DNA from: a virus
Lineage: Duplodnaviria; Caudoviricetes
Direction: 5' to 3' (one strand)
DNA: 63,318 nt
Virus record (IMG/VR): IMGVR_UViG_3300032227_001118
Span: 1-63,318 of that record
Shown here: positions 11,001 to 18,200 of the stretch, in pieces
Layout: the number at the start of each line of letters is the position of its first letter
Position numbering within the stretch: the first letter of the stretch is position 1
Notes under the pieces: model-generated
The model's input: the letters and a program-made list of their open reading frames with translations, nothing else
Told to the model about the DNA's origin: nothing
Database searches by the model: none
Made by a program: the position numbers and the translations under genes

Positions 11001-11901
11001 TTGATGCTGTAACTGTAAACTTGTCTGTGTTAACAGATAGTGTGCCTGTGGAGTTGAATGTTCCATTAACGCCCATATTGCCATCGGCATAAACATTACC
11101 ATTTGATGCTGTAACTGTAAACTTGTCTGTGTTAACAGATAATGTACCTGTGGAATTGAATGTACCACGTACACCCATGTTGCCTTCGGCGTGAACATTA
11201 CCGTTGCTTGCGGTAACTATAAACTTGTCGGTAGCAACATCAAAATTACCGCCACTGTGTAGTGTTCCAAGGACACTGGTATTACCAGTGCTGCTGTTTA
11301 CTGTAAATTTGTCAACATTAACACTGAAGTCACCTGCTGCATTGGTATTACCACTTATTGCATCAACAGTAAACTTGTTGGTGTTGACACTCAATGTGCC
11401 TGTAGAGTTGAATGTACCACGTACACCCATGTTGCCTTCGGCGTGAACATGACCGTTTGTTGCATCAACTGTAAACTTGTCTGTGTTAACAGATAGTGTG
11501 CCTGTGGAGTTGAATGTACCACGAACACCCATGTTGCCTTCGGTGTGAACATGACCGTTTGTTGCATCAACTGTGAACTTGTCTGTGTTAACAGATAGTG
11601 TACCTGTGGAGTTGAATGTACCACGAACACCCATGTTGCCTTCGGTGTGAACATGACCGTTTGTTGCATCAACTGTAAACTTGTTATTTACGTTAGTATT
11701 ACCGCTAACACTTAGTGTGCTTTGTAAAACGGAAGGGCCGTATATAGTGGCACTACTTCCGATTAAAATGTCTTTAGCAAATGCGGCTCCACTGTTTACT
11801 TGTAGTGCACCGGTATTTTGTGTTGATGTAGTTACCGGAGTAGTTGTGCCTTGTACAACTAATCCAGATTTTACAATAAAATCTTTTGAAAGTAATGCCA
11901 T
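8044..11901 (-). CDS. Long fibre/virion structural protein with 34-aa beta repeats
   Basis: 1285 aa; T/G/N-rich; repeats DKFTVDATNGHVHTEGNMGVRGTFNSTGTLSVNT; C-terminal SAKYLIQI...VYVTEYG domain shared with the next gene. Confidence 0.75.
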   Translation of the reverse strand: MALLSKDFIVKSGLVVQGTTTPVTTSTQNTGALQVNSGAAFAKDILIGSSATIYGPSVLQSTLSVSGNTNVNNKFTVDATNGHVHTEGNMGVRGTFNSTGTLSVNTDKFTVDATNGHVHTEGNMGVRGTFNSTGTLSVNTDKFTVDATNGHVHAEGNMGVRGTFNSTGTLSVNTNKFTVDAISGNTNAAGDFSVNVDKFTVNSSTGNTSVLGTLHSGGNFDVATDKFIVTASNGNVHAEGNMGVRGTFNSTGTLSVNTDKFTVTASNGNVYADGNMGVNGTFNSTGTLSVNTDKFTVTASNGNVYADGNMGVNGTFNSTGTLTVNDNFTVTASNGNVETDGTVKINDTSSDLTIAASNSFYTEGGAHIAKDLKVGQDVVIAGKLTVQGVQTIVDSTVTNISDPVIELGTGPNSAVLSVDDGLNRGIALHYYNTATSADNQMFIGRDSTGHMIVKTNAAGNTNAAVAAATYATMEIGSILGKDTADSTSTSDTNALDLAGGFSVAGNSYIDADLNVTGTIFGTVKQADNLNGGGAGQIPIQTADGVTAFLPAGTGDNQVLTWVSAGSTATWASAGATSVGAATTATNIAGGAQYDIPFQSNTGTTTFDTGLFTYNDTDKALKVNNITIDGNLNSISVPAGQNIELYSSTAGGVTGISQLNHDSEIYVKAAEAGASLEVIGATFLLNTLTNAVLSGSGYLQAPYVRPDNLATTGGVVFSDTDGNLVDDSSLTFDSSTEKLTVGGSIEVSGTGGNLTMTGGDFTGALNISLTGSDGGTSAGGALSVTNGGIFSKKEVYIDSGNDYNDANPALHIPNGGIMVGDSIGIGTHLTMTNATSTIWFKDRSNIREENGVGAGRRDLILDAEAKVKIKTDNNNKEWNFETDGALTLPNSTKVYDATGRFYVDSLRDDNTATTMVIYNAATKELTRTSTFNSTLTINSVVINSTAASSTNTTASGALQVLGGVGIAGGLYVDQDAYVNADLYVQGTLYVQGNSLDGVDQITGSTGTFVTVNTENINITGDNPTLANTSTIVPSFKTAGGATIEKDLYVGTTATFNTSIYVANDIYLGGKVLSSTSSNFANVTASGDANLNNVSITGTFTATSLTITSTDDTDLSYYGKDLTDTAQSLGVRGGIKALGNVSVGKVLYAGMNDGGDTGGQNPHNKPIDGVFIVNSMQSGGTYDGLTGNLWTQIIDSWDKDRYTSAKYLIQIKDGTSIHTQEMIIIHDGTNVYVTEYGIVNNNGDLGTFGGGYNAGNVELTFSPNYSTVNMIIQVVRQSIISVVENHC
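10890..11685 (-). repeat. 102-bp (34-aa) tandem coding repeats
   Basis: cggtgtgaacatgaccgttt recurs at 11541 and 11643 (period 102); about 6 full units in two sub-blocks plus degenerate ones. Confidence 0.9.
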
Positions 11902-11925
11902 TTTTTAAATTCCTTTAGTTATAAA

Positions 11926-12705
11926 TTATGAGGATAATCCTGTCCTCAATACTTTAATATTTTTATCGGTGGCATAGAAAGGGGTAAAATAAAGCCTTAC
12001 TATGTCATCCACTTTTACGTCTGCTTCAAACTCCCCCATTTCCCCGTTTGTAGTCAATAATGCATATTCTGTTGCATATACTGTACCTACATTATCGACC
12101 AGTAACAGTATTTCAATAGTTTGAAAGTCTGCTGTAGGTCCTGCACCTTCGTCTATTTGTATTAGATACTTGGCCGACCTAAATTGGTCAACCGAATATG
12201 CATCTATTACAACAGTTCCAGTATTATTTACCAAAATCAGCGTAGAATCGAAGACTGCATCCATGATTTTGACTGATTCTGAATTTACCCTTCCTTCGAC
12301 CCAAATATCACCACCTACTCCTATACCACCTTCTACCAACAGTGCTCCGGTTGTGGTGCCGGTTGATTCGGTGGTGTTTAAAATTACCACTTGATTGGTA
12401 GTGGTACTACCAATATCAGTGACTCGTTGTAGATCAGGTGCTGGAGCAAATTGGTTAATGGTAGCTGTGGTAACAATTTCAGCACCACCGATAGTACTGG
12501 TTGTACCTATATTAATGCTGCCACCAATACCGACACCGCCACCAATCACCAACGCTCCGGTATTTGTACCAGTTGATTGTGCATTACCCCCCACCGATAG
12601 CGGACTGGTTTTAATCCAAGCATAGCCATTCCATACCCAGGTGTTGGTTCCAATGCTATGACTTTGCCCAAGTGTAGGGTTAGCGGGTAAATTTAATGAT
12701 GCCAT
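11926..12705 (-). CDS. Short fibre-associated structural protein
   Basis: 259 aa; N-terminal LPANPTLGQ...TWVWNGYAW; GGVGIGG modules; C-terminal SAKYLIQI...VYATEYA domain paralogous to the 1285-aa protein. Confidence 0.7.
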   Translation of the reverse strand: MASLNLPANPTLGQSHSIGTNTWVWNGYAWIKTSPLSVGGNAQSTGTNTGALVIGGGVGIGGSINIGTTSTIGGAEIVTTATINQFAPAPDLQRVTDIGSTTTNQVVILNTTESTGTTTGALLVEGGIGVGGDIWVEGRVNSESVKIMDAVFDSTLILVNNTGTVVIDAYSVDQFRSAKYLIQIDEGAGPTADFQTIEILLLVDNVGTVYATEYALLTTNGEMGEFEADVKVDDIVRLYFTPFYATDKNIKVLRTGLSS

Positions 12706-12737
12706 ATTTCTACTCTTTGTTTATTATTGTTCATGTG

Positions 12738-14843
12738 TTATATTGCCGATGTAAACTGTATCCAAAAAGTACTGGTTCCATCTCTGATAAATTGTAATTC
12801 GACACCAACATCCGGGTTAATCCAGAAATCACCTACCTTGGGTCTGTCCGGAGCTGTAGTTGATAAAGTTACTTTAGGACTGTATAGCAAATAATTTTCT
12901 TCAGGATTACCATCCACACTGTATATACTACCGGGTACATTTAACACATTGGTACCAGTGACAAAATAACTACTGGTATTTGTATCAGTGGTCACATAAG
13001 TCAACGCACTATCGCTGTCGATCGGACTATAGTCGCCTATAATTTCTGTCAGTCCTAGATAATACATCTGTAACGGAACAACATTATTGACAAAAACATT
13101 ATCACTATTGGTAGATGTATTGGACAATCCAGATGATAATGCATTGACATCAGCCCAGGTTGCTGTAGTACCATCGCTGACCAGCACAGTATTGGTGCTG
13201 CCAATTGGGATGAAATCTGTTTTTCCAGTAGCAGTTTGATATGGAATACCGCCTATTTCTCCGCCCGCTATATTTGTAGCAGTGGTGATAGTACCTGTAA
13301 TCAAGTATCTTACATTCATTCCATTGTAGAATGTGGCCATACCGGTGACCATTAAGTCTCCAGTAATACCTGTTCCGCCAAGCACAGTTAGCGCACCATA
13401 CGGAGTTAAACTGTTTATCTTACCGTCACTGACATATGTACTGTATCCGGTTCCATCGACTGGTATTGTTAATGCTTGATCGTAATAGATACTGAAAGTT
13501 GTAGTACCTAAATAACTAGCCCAGAAAATTTGATCGTTTAATTCTGTAGTTCCTACTATTTCTGTTAGTACAATTTGTGTTCCTGTACCAATTTCTCGGC
13601 TACTATCAATATGAACCACTACAGGATTAGTTTTATCTATGCTTAATATATCTGTTAGATATATAGTAGCACTTACTTCGGTTCCTAACCCAAGTCCAGT
13701 ATTGCTATTAAGCTGCATATATCCATCGCCATCATAGTATAATACACTACCTATGTTAACTTGATTGTCTAACCCATCGACTAAATTGTCGCCACCAATA
13801 CTGATGTTGGCGGTGCCGCGAGTTAAATTATTACCAACCTCGTGTCCTAATAATATATTGTAACTACCTGTGGTTAAATTAGCAGCAGTTCTGTCGCCAA
13901 GGAACAGGTTTTGTCTACCATTAATAACATTGCGTCCGGCATCGGTTCCAATAGCAATATTGTCATCCCAAACTGTATTAAAATATACAGTTCCGCTGCT
14001 TATATAACTGGAAAAATTGGTACTCGATACTGCATTACTTAGATTAATGTCCGAATATAAGGCAATTGTTGATGTACTTGGGACCTTGACATAAAAATTA
14101 CTTTCGTTAAGTTCAGTTGTGCCAATAATATGATCTAAGGTAATTAATGTGCCCGTGCTTAATCCGTGATCCGGGGCAGTAACTACTACAACAGGTCCAC
14201 TAGTTGTAATGTTAGTAATAGTTGCTGCTATTATTAAATGATATATTCCAAGATTTTTAAGAGCACTGTCACCAATAGCAATTGAATTATTAATCTGTGT
14301 ACCTGAATTAAGAGCATGGCGACCTATGGCAATACTCATATAACTTGTAGAAAGTCCGGTTAACGCATCATAACCAATAACAACACTTCCCTGTCCGGAA
14401 AATTCATTTTCTATTTGCGGACTAGCAACACCTTGTATAACAATGTTGTTAAATCCTTGCCATCCTTGCCCAATTGTTAGTCCATTAACATGTATATCTT
14501 TTTCTGCCCATAGACTATCACTAATCCCAATGCCGCCTTTGACAATTAGAGCCCCTGTGTTGGTACTGGTACTGGCTGTTCCACCAGCAACAACCACTAC
14601 TCCAGTACCAGTTCCAATCAATTGTATATCTTGGTCAGGAATATTACTGAATACTGTGCCTAAACTAAACTCTAAATTACCCAAACTGGATCTATATGTG
14701 GTACGTAGTAGGTTATCTGTAACCAATGTGTAGCCGGTACTGGTTGTCGGTGATTCTGGTAATTGGGGTTGAGCTCCCTTGAGGTCAAGGAATTCGCCGC
14801 TACCGCCCCGTCTTAGAGTTGATTTACTTAGTAATGATGGCAT
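12738..14843 (-). CDS. Fibre protein with YadA-like head repeats and two FCCH-like small beta domains
   Basis: 701 aa; SIAIG/NIAIG repeats; two I.....P.VV......L.TG..I.L..I.GTTELN units; C-terminal PDRPKVGDFWIN. Confidence 0.65.
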   Translation of the reverse strand: MPSLLSKSTLRRGGSGEFLDLKGAQPQLPESPTTSTGYTLVTDNLLRTTYRSSLGNLEFSLGTVFSNIPDQDIQLIGTGTGVVVVAGGTASTSTNTGALIVKGGIGISDSLWAEKDIHVNGLTIGQGWQGFNNIVIQGVASPQIENEFSGQGSVVIGYDALTGLSTSYMSIAIGRHALNSGTQINNSIAIGDSALKNLGIYHLIIAATITNITTSGPVVVVTAPDHGLSTGTLITLDHIIGTTELNESNFYVKVPSTSTIALYSDINLSNAVSSTNFSSYISSGTVYFNTVWDDNIAIGTDAGRNVINGRQNLFLGDRTAANLTTGSYNILLGHEVGNNLTRGTANISIGGDNLVDGLDNQVNIGSVLYYDGDGYMQLNSNTGLGLGTEVSATIYLTDILSIDKTNPVVVHIDSSREIGTGTQIVLTEIVGTTELNDQIFWASYLGTTTFSIYYDQALTIPVDGTGYSTYVSDGKINSLTPYGALTVLGGTGITGDLMVTGMATFYNGMNVRYLITGTITTATNIAGGEIGGIPYQTATGKTDFIPIGSTNTVLVSDGTTATWADVNALSSGLSNTSTNSDNVFVNNVVPLQMYYLGLTEIIGDYSPIDSDSALTYVTTDTNTSSYFVTGTNVLNVPGSIYSVDGNPEENYLLYSPKVTLSTTAPDRPKVGDFWINPDVGVELQFIRDGTSTFWIQFTSAI

Positions 14844-14857
14844 TGTGTTTCTCTATG

Positions 14858-15241
14858 TTATGCGCTAGCAGTTTCTAATATACTCAACACCAACTGCATC
14901 GAATTTTCATTCTCTGCATAAGCATATATCGCATCTAAACTTTCAATAATCATTTTACCTGTTAGTGGTGTACCGGCATCATTTTCAGGAATAGGAAAAT
15001 CTTTGACTAGAAAACTAGATGTTCTTCCTTCTTGTCTGCCAAATCCCTGTGCATCTGCCAATACCGGTCGATTTCTATAATGCTTAAAAGTAACAGTTTG
15101 TGTAGAGGTGGATATATTAGCTACCTGCGCCATTAGTACAATTGCTGTAACACCAATAGGTGCTGTATACACTGTAGCAGTAGTATTGGTAGTTAATACT
15201 GCAGTCTTGGTTAAAAATTTATTTAATGGTAATTGTGCCAT
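14858..15241 (-). CDS. Small virion structural/adaptor protein (hypothetical)
   Basis: 127 aa; TVYTAPxGxTAIVLxAQVAN pattern typical of small beta-rich proteins in fibre clusters. Confidence 0.55.
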   Translation of the reverse strand: MAQLPLNKFLTKTAVLTTNTTATVYTAPIGVTAIVLMAQVANISTSTQTVTFKHYRNRPVLADAQGFGRQEGRTSSFLVKDFPIPENDAGTPLTGKMIIESLDAIYAYAENENSMQLVLSILETASA

Positions 15242-15256
15242 TTTTTATCCTTTGCT

Positions 15257-18200
15257 TTATGTAATTGCCAATATGAACGGAGTCATATTAGCGTATAAAC
15301 TTTGTACAAATGTTCTTCCACTTAGAACACCGGTGGCTTGACTAATGACTAATCCTGGCCCTATGCGGAAATCACCATTTTGATCAGTACTGGTAAAAAA
15401 TACCTTACCACCATCTAATTGTACGGTTTCCTTGGATTGAGCTGGATCTTTAATACCTCGTTGCGGTAATGCTCCGTAATTTGTACCAGCTCCGACGTAT
15501 TCAAACAAGTATCCACTAGCACTCATATAACTACGTTGGTAGAAGTTAACCGTAGCACCATCCGGAAATAGATCAGTTCTAGAAACAGCTTCGCCTAATT
15601 CTACTACGTGATGAGTTCCTTCCCTTGACCAATAGCTTAATCCGGCCATTACACTATTATAGGTTCCGCCTGTTTCTAAATCATATATCAATCTTCGTAA
15701 TATTATCTTGGTATCTCTCTTGCATTTAGTATCAATATAATCTATTTGAGACTGTGTCAATCCGTTGAATACATCTCTTGTTAACGAATTGTCGTGTACA
15801 AATGCTGTTACTTCTTCTGCCAAGAAATTTAAATTTTCTTCAATTAATGTGATAGCACTACCGGCACCTAGTACAACTGTACCTTCTTTCTTAATGGCTA
15901 TTGGCGGAACAACTGCCTTAGCTGCATTAAGATCGACTGCTCCTATTATGCCAGTTATATATCCAAATCTTTCATTGATAAACGGTGTAGCACTGGAGCC
16001 GCCTTTAACTAGTAACTGAATAGACTGAGTAGAAGTATTTCCAACTGTAGCAGTTACCGATTGATTATCAATTACTTTATTAACTACAGATTGTAAATGA
16101 ATAATAGAAAGAATATGTTGATCTACTTGATCAGTTATTGGTCCTTGATACTTATCGCGATCGCTTGGCGGTACTAAAATATTCTTATTTGGTTCGTAAG
16201 GAGGAGTTGCAACTGTGCTGGTTATTACTGAGTAATAGCTCTTACCACAGAAATACAATGTGAAATAATTAGGGTTAGTAGGATCTCCGCCACCATGGGT
16301 CAATGCTTGATTAAATGTGATTGCGTTATAGTCAACATTAGTAACCACAGTTCCTGTAGCTGCATACCACTTTAAATAATCTGGATTTGGTATAGAGTTA
16401 CCAGAAGCATCCTTAATTTCATTACCAAAGTTATCTACCTTGTTTGGAAACTTATCATATTCAGAACCGTATTGATCTCTGATATAAACAGTATTTCCAA
16501 CAGCAACATTATTAGTATCAACATTTCTTAAAACGATTGTAGATGTCGTTAATGTACCGGTACTAGGTTGCGCATTTAAAAATCCCGGAAGACTTTGTTC
16601 GTTTAAATGCCCATCAGGAGGTATAACCTCCATCACTAAACTAATATGAGGTCTGTCCGATATATCCGGTGTGAATACTTCAACAAAGCCTTTATTGGGC
16701 CAATATCCGTTAGGGTAGTACTCATCTAATCCGTCTGGGCCTGGACTAAATGGATAGGCTCTGTCTTTAGGGTTGAATACAGTACCGCTAAATGCCCTTG
16801 ACCCATATCCTTTAGCAACCAAACAAAGATCCCCAAAGTTGCTATTACTATTGGTAACAGATGCAATACCACCGTTTTCCACCAGCACCGCGATGGAACA
16901 GAAAATTGTAAACACCGAAACCAACTGTGCATATCCGTCATTGGTAATATGAATACCTTTTCCGCCTTGATTGACCTGTGTGAATGCATCATAAACAAAA
17001 GATTGAATTGGACTAATTTTGCTAATTACAGCACCGTCGACTAAACTACCACCCATTGCTCCAATAGGATCAACTTTTCTTTGATTCCATGTGGTAGAAT
17101 CACCGGTGTATTGTAAACTTAATGCATCAACTTGAAAATCCTGTTTAGGAAATATATCGGTATTGCCAAAATATAATGTAGCATTATTTCCAAATCCCAC
17201 GGTAGATATGTCAAGACCTATAGTATAAACACCGTTGGTTCCAGTTACAGATGTTACCCTAGGAGCTAATTTGACATCTGATCCGTTAATACCGGTTAAG
17301 GCAAATACTCCTCCGCCTGCATAAATTGGAGGGGCAGCACTGGGTCCTTTTTCTATGATATCTGTAATAATTTTAAAGTTACGCTTAACTGCTTCTTGCG
17401 GCATGTAATCGCCGCCATACTGGAAGAAAGTATTAATTATTTGTGTAGATACTGTTCCAGTTTGCGGAGTCACAGGTCTATTGGCAATTATTTGCAATGC
17501 TATATCTTTGGCATAGTTTATAGCATTGGTAGTTGTTGTTATTTGAGTAGCAACATAGTTAAATCCTTGATTCCAATAACTTAAACCTGCTTCTATACTT
17601 TTTTGATTTCCACCTAATAATATATCTTGACTAACTGCATCAACAATTAAACCAGTATCTCTATAACACGATTCTTCGTTATAGTTGAAAGAATTGGGAT
17701 TATATAGTTGATCCAATCTAGCAACAACTTCTTCTTTGATAAATTCTTTATTGGCTAATAATAATTTAAAAGAATTTAAACCAGTTGAGGTAACAGAACT
17801 GGCAGTACTAATAGGAGTTAATTCCCATGTTACTGTACTAGTTCCGTTTGAAATAATACTGGTAACCGTAGAAATAGCACGATTAATTAAACTAACTTCA
17901 GCGTTTGAACCCGCATCCGGTAATGTTACCTGCTTGACTCTGGTTTGATATGTACTGGTATTTTGATTCTTAACAATATAATTTGCCAATTCGGCAATAT
18001 AATCAAAAGATGCTATGGTCGCTGCTCTTTCACTGTCTCTAATATTTCTAGTGGAATTATATCTGTAATAGTTTAAACCAGATTGAACACTTTGTCTATT
18101 ACCACCATGTAATAGATCAAACCCGATACTGTCAACAATGTAACCAACATCCCGTTTGCATTTATCGACATCATAGGCAGTAAAGGTAGGATGTACTGTA

